Shown here one piece after another: positions 9,761 to 17,469 of a stretch of 49,864 bases of DNA. The translations under genes and the position numbers were made by a program. Positions within the stretch are counted from its first letter, which is position 1. Each line of letters starts with the position of its first letter. Below the pieces are notes generated by a model, which worked only from the letters and a program-made list of their open reading frames with translations, was not told where the DNA came from and made no database searches. This DNA is from a virus (taxonomy: Duplodnaviria; Caudoviricetes). The stretch is taken from the IMG/VR virus record IMGVR_UViG_3300037420_001924, positions 1 through 49,864 of that record. One strand, written 5' to 3'.

Positions 9761-11622
9761 TGGTTAATATTTTTGCATACCGCCCCACGATTGTCATTGC
9801 CCGAAAGGATACCTCGTTTACGGACTGCGGGGTCAGTGTGGCCAATACCCTACGGATCGTTAAAATAGGGGAGCCGTTTTTATCCTACTATCCTGCAAGG
9901 GATGTGAACGGCATTACGGGTTTTGAGCGGGACCAGGCCTATTTTTATTTCGCCTCCCAGAACATCGATTTGGAAGGCATCGCCGATAACCAGATCCCTG
10001 CGGACCTGCAAATTACACCGGGCACAAATGTATTTGCGAGTCGCGCTTTTGCAGGCATTGCCCTGCAAACGGTGGATTTTTCAACGGTGGGTTTTGACGC
10101 CTCCAACCTTCTTTATATCTACAAGGTGGGTGACCCTTACCAAAGCTATGCCCCTTTAAATGATATTAATGCGCTGAGTGGCTTTGAAATGGGCGAAGCC
10201 TATTATGGGTATGCTTTAGCAGATATGGACCTGTCCGCCTACTTAATTCCCCCCATTGTAGTCACGACCGATGTAGACCAACCGGTGGAACCCTATCACT
10301 ACTACGGAACAGAAGCCACTACGGATAAGAGTTATTATAAAGTGCCGGTACGTTTTTTTGACAATGTAGCCGCCTTCCCTGTAAGGGGGGAGGAAAATAT
10401 TGCCTACATCGCCAAAGCGCCGGACAATGCCTCTTATTATTGGGATGGGGCAGCCTACCAACAGATTGGCGGCGGGACATCCTACAGTGACGAACAGGCG
10501 CAGGACGCCGTAGGTACGATTCTTTCCTCAGAATTTACCTATGACGATGCCACCCCTCAAATTTCAATTAACTCAATCCCTTATAGTAAAATATCGGGTG
10601 CGCCAACTATTCCTACAGATACAAACATTTACAACACAGACGGCACACTTGCAGCCAATAGAACCATAACAGGAAACAACAAAACCCTTACCCTATCAGG
10701 TGGCAGATGGGAAGAAAGCAAGGGCGCAGACGTAGCCAGTGCTAACAACCTCACTTTAGGTACCGACGGTAACACATTTAAGATTACAGGTGCAACGCAA
10801 ATAAACGCCCTTACTATAGCTAACTGGCAGGCGGGAAGCAAAATACATTTAATATTCTCCAGCACTCCAACCATCAAACACAACACAGCAGGGGGGGCAG
10901 GAACAGCCGTAATACTTCTTTCGGGGGGTGTGGATTACGTAGCAGCCGCAAATGATGTTCTTTCCCTTATCTACGATGGCACCTCATGGCATGAGGTAGG
11001 CAGAAAATTAGCAGTAGCTGGAAGCGGCGTAAACGCTTTAGCGGCCATAGGTTCGTCACCCAACGCCAACGGTGCAACGATTTCAGGAAGTACATTGAAC
11101 CTACAGCCTGCAAGTACCTCATTTGGAGGCGTCGTGACTACGGGCTCACAATCGTTTGTAGGCACTAAAACCTTTACCAGTAGTACCGTCTTTACCGGCA
11201 AAATTTTCTACTTCCGTACCAGTTTTACCTCCACGGGCACGCTGGCTGGAACTAACTATTATATGGCCTCGCTGAATACCAGTACTTCAGGTCAAACCCT
11301 GACGCTCCCCACACCGGCAGACGGCCAGGTGCTGATTATACGCAATGAAAATTCTGCGGCCTGGTCCATTGCGGCCACGTCTGGAACTATAAAAGATGAA
11401 TTTAATGTAGCCCTTACCACTTTTGATGCGTATTCGTCCTACCTGGGTTATGCAAATGGTACGGGATGGGTATTTAGCCGGTTAGGGGGCAGGATTTTGT
11501 ACACTCCAACCTCGTCTACGGATAACACCTACCCTAAAGGAACGGTTACCTATGATGATAATTATCAGTATTTCAGGACATCAACAGGGGATTGGAAAAA
11601 AATAGCATTAATACCATTTTAA
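9760..11622 (+). CDS. Tail fibre / receptor-binding protein
   Basis: Gly/Thr/Ser-rich mosaic; fibre motifs YSDEQAQDAVG, NIYNTDGTLAANRTI and C-terminal GTVTYDDNYQYFRTSTGDWKKIAL. Confidence 0.7.
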   Translation: MVNIFAYRPTIVIARKDTSFTDCGVSVANTLRIVKIGEPFLSYYPARDVNGITGFERDQAYFYFASQNIDLEGIADNQIPADLQITPGTNVFASRAFAGIALQTVDFSTVGFDASNLLYIYKVGDPYQSYAPLNDINALSGFEMGEAYYGYALADMDLSAYLIPPIVVTTDVDQPVEPYHYYGTEATTDKSYYKVPVRFFDNVAAFPVRGEENIAYIAKAPDNASYYWDGAAYQQIGGGTSYSDEQAQDAVGTILSSEFTYDDATPQISINSIPYSKISGAPTIPTDTNIYNTDGTLAANRTITGNNKTLTLSGGRWEESKGADVASANNLTLGTDGNTFKITGATQINALTIANWQAGSKIHLIFSSTPTIKHNTAGGAGTAVILLSGGVDYVAAANDVLSLIYDGTSWHEVGRKLAVAGSGVNALAAIGSSPNANGATISGSTLNLQPASTSFGGVVTTGSQSFVGTKTFTSSTVFTGKIFYFRTSFTSTGTLAGTNYYMASLNTSTSGQTLTLPTPADGQVLIIRNENSAAWSIAATSGTIKDEFNVALTTFDAYSSYLGYANGTGWVFSRLGGRILYTPTSSTDNTYPKGTVTYDDNYQYFRTSTGDWKKIALIPF

Positions 11623-11662
11623 AAACCAAAATATCAGACAATCCTACTAATACGATAAATAC

Positions 11663-12268
11663 ATGAAGACAATAAATATCACCACCACCCCGGAAGGCAA
11701 CTTAAGTTATTCCCAGTCGGGGGAAGAGGAAATCATCATTACCACGCCGGTCAATTTGTGGGTAGACCCCACTTCCGTATCCTTTCGCATTGATTCGGAG
11801 GTAAGGAGTATGAGCCTGTCGGATGTAATTACCATTAACTCGGTTGGGTTTTCCGGCACATTGGATGAGCTAAAAACCACCTTGGAAGGGTTACTCCCCA
11901 CCGCCTCCGGGGGCTCTGGTGGTTCCGGTACTGCTTATAAAGTTTGGACAGGCTATTTAGTCTCTACTGGAGGTGGAGAGGTAACCCTGAATCCTTTGGG
12001 TACTCCTACCATAACCGAACTTTCCATCACCAATGACGGGTCAGGATCGTTTTATTTCTCCTCTCCTGATTTTTTGGTAGACAAACTATGGGCCATCGCT
12101 CAACCTAATAAAGCATGGGGAGGGGCAGTGGAATATATCCAAATTCAGGGGAAATACAACACAGACGGCTATCCTGAAGCCATGCTCTATAGTTTTTTTT
12201 CCAATAACGGGACAGGTACTTCAGATTTCGGGGCTCCGGTCTTTATTGAAATACGAGCCTACTTATAA
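11663..12268 (+). CDS. Hypothetical tail-associated protein
   Basis: ORF track; two domains joined by a GGSGGSG linker. Confidence 0.55.
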   Translation: MKTINITTTPEGNLSYSQSGEEEIIITTPVNLWVDPTSVSFRIDSEVRSMSLSDVITINSVGFSGTLDELKTTLEGLLPTASGGSGGSGTAYKVWTGYLVSTGGGEVTLNPLGTPTITELSITNDGSGSFYFSSPDFLVDKLWAIAQPNKAWGGAVEYIQIQGKYNTDGYPEAMLYSFFSNNGTGTSDFGAPVFIEIRAYL

Positions 12269-12318
12269 ACCAATTATTTATGAGTGCAATCCCCTCCACC
12301 ATTGTTAACAAATAAATC

Positions 12319-12651
12319 ATGTCTAAATCAAAAAAACATATGGAAACCTTACAACAAGTGCTGGACAACGGCTCCACGCTGGACAAAAACGCCTACATCG
12401 AGGGCGCTGGCTTTGACTTCAACGCCGAAGGCTTTGGCGATTATAACATCTACGCCCAAAAGGGCACGGCCCATATAGTAGAAGATGTCTCCAATAAAAG
12501 CGAGGTCGTGCAGTGGTCAGACCGCCTGTGGCTTACGGTAGCGGATAAAAACTCCGGTGACAAGGTAAGCGTAGAGATCAGCCCTACGTATTTCAGGGTG
12601 TACAAAAACGGGGTAGTGAAAAATCTTTTAGACCTGTTGTTTGCACCCTAA
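12319..12651 (+). CDS. Hypothetical protein
   Basis: ORF with A-rich start region; TLQQVLDNGST motif of the kind seen in fibre-associated proteins. Confidence 0.55.
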   Translation: MSKSKKHMETLQQVLDNGSTLDKNAYIEGAGFDFNAEGFGDYNIYAQKGTAHIVEDVSNKSEVVQWSDRLWLTVADKNSGDKVSVEISPTYFRVYKNGVVKNLLDLLFAP

Positions 12652-12707
12652 CAGTCCTTTCAACTAAAAAAAGGGTGCCTCTGGGTAAGCACCCCTTACA
12701 ACTAAAA

Positions 12708-12896
12708 ATGGAAAAGCCGCAACTACAAACCTTCGTCTCCATTCTCTTTACGGGCCTTTCGTGGATCTCGCTGCAAAATATGCAGGTACTGGCCGCTATT
12801 GTAGCCTCCATTGTGGCCGCCCTATCCGGAACGCTGGCGGGGGTGAACTGGTGGTACTCGATACAGGAAAAGCGTAAAAACTTAAAATCAAAATGA
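12708..12896 (+). CDS. Holin-like small membrane protein
   Basis: Two hydrophobic helices and a basic C-terminus at the start of the lysis cassette; ATG at 12708 preferred to the ORF-track start. Confidence 0.55.
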   Translation: MEKPQLQTFVSILFTGLSWISLQNMQVLAAIVASIVAALSGTLAGVNWWYSIQEKRKNLKSK

Positions 12897-13117
12897 AAAA
12901 GATTCTGGAAACCTTCTCGAAAACCGAAGTAAGAAACATCATCGCCCTGACCTATATCCTGCTGTGTCTGGGGTATATCTACATTTTGGCCTTCGTGAAA
13001 GTACCCCCGGAGAATAAAGATTTGGTCAACGTCTTGGGCGGGAGTGTGATCGGGGGGCTGGGATTGATCCTGGCGTACTTCTTTGGCTCTTCGAAGGGCG
13101 ATAGTAAAACCTTGTAG
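12893..13117 (+). CDS. Holin-like 2-TM protein
   Basis: Two TM helices ending ILAYFFGSSKG; upstream of the endolysin. Confidence 0.65.
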   Translation: MKKILETFSKTEVRNIIALTYILLCLGYIYILAFVKVPPENKDLVNVLGGSVIGGLGLILAYFFGSSKGDSKTL

Positions 13118-13118
13118 T

Positions 13119-13739
13119 ATGAATAAAGACAAATACCGCTACGATCATCTGTGGATATGGGTTGTATTCCTTCTGTTGTTAGGCGTACTGCTTATGGTCG
13201 GCTGCGCCTCCTCAAAAGTAAAATCCAGTAGTCAAGTAAAACTGGATAGTTCCGCTACCCATCGGGAGCAGAAAGACTCGGTCAGCCACCATGACAGCAC
13301 AAAACTAGTGAAGGCGCACAGCACAATCATAGTGCACTTGGACACAACGACCACAAAGGAAGAAACCACCATCCACCAGACTAAGGAAGTGACCAAGTAT
13401 GACAGCTTAGGCAAAGTGAGGGAGTATCACAAAACCACCACCGACCTAACGAAGAAAAAGAACCAAGCCACCGGGGGCAAGTTGTTTATTGAAGATCATT
13501 CAAAGATTGATTCCAGCGCATATAAGAACCGAGACAGTGTAAGTCATACAAAATCGGAAACAGTTGATCTGCATAAGGACCAGCGCCAATCGAGCAAGGA
13601 AAAGAAAATACCCGTGTTCAACCTTTTGTGGCTGCTATGGCTGCTTTTGATCCCTGTAGGGGCGTGGGTGTGGAAGAATCGCTGGAAGATATACCAACGC
13701 TTAAAAATGATTGTGGTAAAGCTCCTTACGGGCCTTTGA
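13119..13739 (+). CDS. Putative unimolecular spanin (lipoprotein with C-terminal TM helix)
   Basis: Lipobox LLMVG-C after a hydrophobic stretch and C-terminal TM IPVFNLLWLLWLLLIPVGAWVW; located in the lysis cassette. Confidence 0.6.
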   Translation: MNKDKYRYDHLWIWVVFLLLLGVLLMVGCASSKVKSSSQVKLDSSATHREQKDSVSHHDSTKLVKAHSTIIVHLDTTTTKEETTIHQTKEVTKYDSLGKVREYHKTTTDLTKKKNQATGGKLFIEDHSKIDSSAYKNRDSVSHTKSETVDLHKDQRQSSKEKKIPVFNLLWLLWLLLIPVGAWVWKNRWKIYQRLKMIVVKLLTGL

Positions 13740-13821
13740 CCACCCCTTTGAAAAACCCAACCCGCACCCTGAAGAAATTTTTAATCCGTCCCTTTCTTTT
13801 ATCACCTGAAACACCAAAGAA

Positions 13822-14148
13822 ATGGACCAGCAAATAGCCCAAGAAGCGGTTTTAAAGTTGTTTGAACTATCAGGAGTGCCCGTATCGGTACGGGACAAGG
13901 TACAGGACAAGGCCGTGGAGTATGTAGCCGACACCCTTTTAAGGTGCGTTGTACTGAGTCATTTAACAGAAAGGCACATAGAAATACTAAGACTTTTAAG
14001 CGAGGGGTATAGTTCCAAAGAAATAGGGGAGCAGTTGTATTTAAGTTACCGGACCGTGGAAGTACACCGCTACAATTTGATACGGTTATTCAAGTGCCGC
14101 AACATGGCCCAGCTCATAAAAAAGGCCACTGACTATAAAATCATTTAA
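13822..14148 (+). CDS. LuxR/GerE-family HTH regulator
   Basis: LTERHIEILRLLSEGYSSKEIGEQLYLSYRTVEVHRYNL is a canonical LuxR HTH; no receiver domain. Confidence 0.9.
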   Translation: MDQQIAQEAVLKLFELSGVPVSVRDKVQDKAVEYVADTLLRCVVLSHLTERHIEILRLLSEGYSSKEIGEQLYLSYRTVEVHRYNLIRLFKCRNMAQLIKKATDYKII

Positions 14149-14158
14149 ACCACGAACT

Positions 14159-14632
14159 ATGAAACCCTCGCAAACCGCAATAGATTTCATTACAAGGGAA
14201 GAAGGATGCGTACTCCATGCTTATGCAGATTCGGCAGGGGTTATGACGATAGGCATCGGCTCAACGATGTATAAGGACGGCTCTAGGGTCAAAAAAGGCG
14301 ACACCATTACCAAAGAACAGGCTGTTGAACTGCTTAGCTGGGAAGTAGAGAACAAAAGTAAATCCGTTTCGGCCTTTGTCTTAGGTGTACCCCTCACCCA
14401 ACACCAGTTTGACGCGCTGGTTTCCTTTGCCTATAACGTGGGCATCGGAGCACTGCAACAATCCACGCTTCTTAAAAAAGTAAAGGCCAACCCTAATGAT
14501 CCCTCTATTCGGGAAGAATTTGCCCGCTGGAACAAAATAAGAAAAGACGGCAAACTAATTCCTTCGCTGGGCCTTACCAAACGAAGATTAAGGGAATGGC
14601 AGCTCTACTCCAAACAAACTAAATCCTTATGA
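14159..14632 (+). CDS. Endolysin, GH24 lysozyme
   Basis: EG...AYADSAGVMTIGIG catalytic motif; QFDALVSFAYNVG; GLTKRR. Confidence 0.95.
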   Translation: MKPSQTAIDFITREEGCVLHAYADSAGVMTIGIGSTMYKDGSRVKKGDTITKEQAVELLSWEVENKSKSVSAFVLGVPLTQHQFDALVSFAYNVGIGALQQSTLLKKVKANPNDPSIREEFARWNKIRKDGKLIPSLGLTKRRLREWQLYSKQTKSL

Positions 14633-15627
14633 GTTTAAAAACCCAAACCGCTAAACAGTACCGTGCCCGTTACCCTGAAAAGCCAACGCTTGCTTTGGCC
14701 CGGATTCTTTATAAGGAAAACCGCCTGCTGTTTAAAGACATAGAAACCGCCCGTTCCGCCCTTCGTTATATAGAGGGAAAAATGGGGGCGCTGAGAAGAA
14801 AATCCGTCAAAGGCAGCGAGTTTTTACGCTCCGAGCCCCGCCCTTACAATCCCTATAACCTGCCGGAAAGCTACCAACAGGAGCGCACCCCCTATAAACT
14901 GCCCACGGCGTGTAATAACGTGCTTTTGATTTCCGATCTGCACATTCCCTACCATGATATTTCAGCCATTACCATCGCCTTGGACTACGGCAAAAAACAT
15001 AAGGTCAACACCATTTTTATCAACGGGGATTTGATTGATAACCACCAGGTCAGCCGCTTTGAACGGGACCCTAAAAAACGAAGCGTGAAGCAGGAGTTCG
15101 ATGCTACTAAAGAGTTTTTGCGGGTGCTGAGAAAAACCTTCCCTCGCGCCGCGATCTACTGGCTCAAAGGCAACCACTGCATTCGGTGGGAAAAGTTCCT
15201 TTTGCAAAAGGCCTCAGAAATCTGGGACGATGACTATTTCCATTTGGAGCAACGTCTGCGCCTCTCGGAAGAAAGGGTTACGCTGCTGGATGACAAGACA
15301 TTGGTTAAGATCGGCAAGCTCTCCGTGACCCACGGCCACCTGATATTTAAAGGGGTCTTTACCCCGGTCAATCCTTCCCGTGGGGCGTTTTTAAGGGCCA
15401 AGCAAAGTGTGCTGGTGGGGCATCTGCACAGGGCCTCCCACCACCCGGAAATCACAATGGATGGGGATACAATCTCGTGCTGGTCGGTGGGTTGTTTGGC
15501 AGAATTAAAACCCGATTATTCCCCCTTAGTAAGTAACTGCCAGCATGGCTTTGCCCATATCATAGTGGAACCAAACGGGGATTACCAGGTTAAAAATTAT
15601 CAGATCATCCGGGGAAAAATCTACTAA
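14629..15627 (+). CDS. Calcineurin-like metallophosphoesterase
   Basis: SDLH, GDLID, GNH, HGH and GHLH motifs. Confidence 0.9.
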   Translation: MSLKTQTAKQYRARYPEKPTLALARILYKENRLLFKDIETARSALRYIEGKMGALRRKSVKGSEFLRSEPRPYNPYNLPESYQQERTPYKLPTACNNVLLISDLHIPYHDISAITIALDYGKKHKVNTIFINGDLIDNHQVSRFERDPKKRSVKQEFDATKEFLRVLRKTFPRAAIYWLKGNHCIRWEKFLLQKASEIWDDDYFHLEQRLRLSEERVTLLDDKTLVKIGKLSVTHGHLIFKGVFTPVNPSRGAFLRAKQSVLVGHLHRASHHPEITMDGDTISCWSVGCLAELKPDYSPLVSNCQHGFAHIIVEPNGDYQVKNYQIIRGKIY

Positions 15628-15628
15628 C

Positions 15629-15826
15629 ATGAATATCCTTACAAAAATCGAAGAACTCTATGAAGAGGGAACCCGATCAAAAGAAGAACGAAGAAAACCC
15701 TTCCCTGACAGGGGACTACCCAACTTCTTTGACGCACTGGACGGATACACAGATTCGGGAGATGATCCGAAGGAAGGAAAGGGAACTGAAGCTACTGTAC
15801 CAGGAATCCAGAAGGAGGGTGTATAA
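15629..15826 (+). CDS. Hypothetical protein
   Basis: ORF starting directly after the preceding stop codon. Confidence 0.45.
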   Translation: MNILTKIEELYEEGTRSKEERRKPFPDRGLPNFFDALDGYTDSGDDPKEGKGTEATVPGIQKEGV

Positions 15827-15830
15827 ATTA

Positions 15831-15898
15831 TGAGCCCAGCAAAGAATACCTATTTAGCTTCTCTTGCGTCGCACTCGTGTACGCCTTGTAATTCTATT
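15831..15898 (-). repeat. ~70-bp dispersed element, copy 1 (inverted)
   Basis: Reverse complement AATAGAATTACAAGGCGTACACGAGTGCGACGCAAGAGAAGCTAAATAGG aligns with the other copies. Confidence 0.8.
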
Positions 15899-15903
15899 GA
15901 GCT

Positions 15904-16146
15904 ATGAATTGTATATGCTGTAATAGTGAAGTAAAAGAATTATACCCTGACTGGAAAGATGTTCCGCCCATGTGGAACAGTGCAGCCGCAGGGATTATTG
16001 ATGCCGGCTACGGGAGCAACCACGACTTAGACAGTTTTTCTTTTCTCATTTGTGATTCGTGTATTTCCGAAAAGCTGAAGGCAGGTGTAATAAAGCTCAA
16101 TAGCGAACAAAGCCCTGAAGGGAGTGACACAAGTAAAGTTTCATAG
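15904..16146 (+). CDS. Small Cys-rich (Zn-binding?) protein enclosed by inverted element copies
   Basis: CICC...CDSC; its C-terminus NSEQSPEGSDTSKVS is read from element copy 2. Confidence 0.65.
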   Translation: MNCICCNSEVKELYPDWKDVPPMWNSAAAGIIDAGYGSNHDLDSFSFLICDSCISEKLKAGVIKLNSEQSPEGSDTSKVS

Positions 16147-16168
16147 TAGTACAACAGCTAAGTACCTA
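16099..16168 (+). repeat. ~70-bp dispersed element, copy 2
   Basis: AATAGCGAACAAAGCCCTGAAGGGAGTGACACAAGTAAAGTTTCATAGTAGTACAACAGCTAAGTACC; 5' half nearly identical to copy 7. Confidence 0.85.
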
Positions 16169-16268
16169 AAAAGGCGAATATTTTAAAGATTCGACTAAAC
16201 AGGCGAACCTTTAAAACCCAGCCAAAACCGAGTAAAAAGCGGACTGTTTTGGATAAAATGATTACCCA

Positions 16269-16574
16269 GTGGAAAAACCCTATTTTATGGATACTGAAAT
16301 CAAAAAAGAAGAAGACCTCATCTTAGGCGATGAACAGGCAGAAGAAATCCTGGTGGACGACCCCTTTGAAGAGTACGACCTGCACGCAGAAATCACCTCC
16401 GCCTGCAATGCGCTGGGCGCTATTACGGACATGGACGAAGCCCTGTTTTCCAAAGAAAAGGCTAGAATGATCCGGGTTATCCGCAGAAAGTCACTGGAAA
16501 TCATTTACGAGAACATCGGCCATATCCATGCCCAGATATTTGAAAGAAAAGAAGAGGAGGAAGAAGAGGAGTAA
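16269..16574 (+). CDS. Acidic hypothetical protein
   Basis: ORF track; Glu/Asp-rich with a poly-E tail. Confidence 0.6.
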   Translation: MEKPYFMDTEIKKEEDLILGDEQAEEILVDDPFEEYDLHAEITSACNALGAITDMDEALFSKEKARMIRVIRRKSLEIIYENIGHIHAQIFERKEEEEEEE

Positions 16575-16603
16575 CAATTTTCTTTTTTCATATGCAGTTG
16601 GTT

Positions 16604-16634
16604 AGCCCAGGTGTGTCTACACCGGGCTTTTTTT
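16604..16634 (+). terminator. Intrinsic terminator-like hairpin (same type as the 26.1-26.8 kb units)
   Basis: AGCCC-A-GGTGT-gtct-ACACC-GGGCT followed by a T run. Confidence 0.75.
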
Positions 16635-16852
16635 ACCCCCTCAGTTGCGCCCTCACTTACCCCCTCATTTTTTACTGTATCCGGTAGTGTAACCTTTAGT
16701 GTAACAAAGAGGTTTAGGGTATAATAAACTGAGCCGGTTTATTATATACTTCTTTGGTTTATCTACTGTTAGGTTTATCCGTAAAAAGGTAACAGAGAAG
16801 TTGTATAAGGTCCACTGTAGTGAACATCCCTAAAGGTGAAATGTTTACTGTA

Positions 16853-16921
16853 ATGAACTTAGCTGAAGAATTACTATTAAGCCCCGGTTGCCACGCTCGC
16901 TTGTACTGCAACAATTCTATT
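16853..16921 (-). repeat. ~70-bp dispersed element, copy 3 (inverted), left of the Ro60 operon
   Basis: Reverse complement AATAGAATTGTTGCAGTACAAGCGAGCGTGGCAACCGGGGCTTAATAGTAATTCTTCAGCTAAGTTCA. Confidence 0.8.
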
Positions 16922-16961
16922 CGGCATTTTGTAAATTGTAAATCTTGTTGCAAAAATAAAT

Positions 16962-17003
16962 TTTGAACGTGCGTATGTTGTGTGTATATTTGATGTATGT
17001 TTG
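16962..17003 (+). promoter_or_regulatory. Bacteroidota sigma-A promoter with tandem operator repeats
   Basis: TTTG (16962-16965), 19-nt spacer, TATATTTG (16985-16992); GTATRTTK repeated at 16973, 16984 and 16995 (11-bp period). Confidence 0.75.
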
Positions 17004-17009
17004 TACCTA

Positions 17010-17156
17010 ATGAGGCGTTTTAATTTTTTCATAGAACAAGAGTGGATAGATCGTATTAGGCGGGATATGAGAAAACATGGTTTTACCAACGTTTCCAGTT
17101 TTATTCGGTATATTATAATACAGTTCTTTAAAAATATTGACAGTAGCGATAAGTGA
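17010..17156 (+). CDS. 48-aa ribbon-helix-helix (CopG/Arc-like) regulator, absent from the ORF track
   Basis: MRRFNFFIEQEWIDRIRRDMRKHGFTNVSSFIRYIIIQFFKNIDSSDK: alternating beta strand, helix, G-x-x-x-x-S-x-x-IR second helix. Confidence 0.7.
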   Translation: MRRFNFFIEQEWIDRIRRDMRKHGFTNVSSFIRYIIIQFFKNIDSSDK

Positions 17157-17262
17157 GTTACTTCGTGTCGTCGGTTCGAATCCGATCGTTAGCAATAACG
17201 TAGCTCAATTGGTAGAGCAAAAGGCCCGCAAGGGTTATACTTACTTAGATTATCTCTGTCAA
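17137..17262 (+). ncRNA. yrlA: YrlA-type Y RNA (tRNA mimic)
   Basis: Terminal helix TTGACAG/CTGTCAA plus TAAGTGAGT/ACTTACTTA; inside are a T-arm (GGTTCGAATCC), a GCAA-capped acceptor-like stem CGTTA/TAACG and then a D-arm (TAGCTCAATTGGTAGAGC), the T-before-D order of YrlA; adjacent to a Ro60 gene. Confidence 0.88.
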
Positions 17263-17267
17263 CATTC

Positions 17268-17335
17268 TTGCAAGTAGTGAGAAGTGCGTTACTTCAATTG
17301 GTATGAAACACACGTACTTCGGTTTTCTCTTGCAA
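17268..17335 (+). ncRNA. Short Y RNA 2
   Basis: TTGCAAG-TAGTGA-GAAGTGCGT-TACTTC...ACGTACTTC-GGTTTTCT-CTTGCAA; same geometry as unit 1 with compensatory changes. Confidence 0.8.
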
Positions 17336-17339
17336 ACTT

Positions 17340-17410
17340 ATTAGGATAGCGAAGGTTGAGTTACTTCATCTGCAAATTGAAACAACACTTAGCCTGTTTT
17401 TCTTCCTAAT
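17340..17410 (+). ncRNA. Short Y RNA 3
   Basis: ATTAGGA-TAGCGA-AGGTTGAGT-TACTTC...ACTTAGCCT-GTTTTTCT-TCCTAAT; same geometry. Confidence 0.8.
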
Positions 17411-17418
17411 GTTTTTGT

Positions 17419-17450
17419 AAGGGTTGCCATCGTGCAGCCCTTTTTATTTT
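17419..17450 (+). terminator. Terminator/attenuator between the Y RNAs and rsr
   Basis: AAGGGTTGC-catcgt-GCAGCCCTT followed by TTTATTTT. Confidence 0.7.
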
Positions 17451-17469
17451 GTCTTAAAACCAACTCAAT

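Noticed and set aside
9760-12268. Diversity-generating retroelement acting on the fibre
   Set aside because: No reverse transcriptase and no TR/VR pair seen in the window.
16759-17195. Minus-strand ORFs 16759-16953, 16877-17089 and 17007-17195
   Set aside because: They are antisense to the promoter, RHH gene and Y RNA, or are read-through of repeat copy 3; no recognisable domains.
17166-17220. Canonical tRNA gene
   Set aside because: The T-arm precedes the D-arm, the acceptor stem is loop-closed and there is no anticodon arm or CCA end; this is YrlA architecture.
17137-17410. CRISPR array
   Set aside because: Units are self-complementary with co-varying rather than identical repeats, and no cas genes are present.
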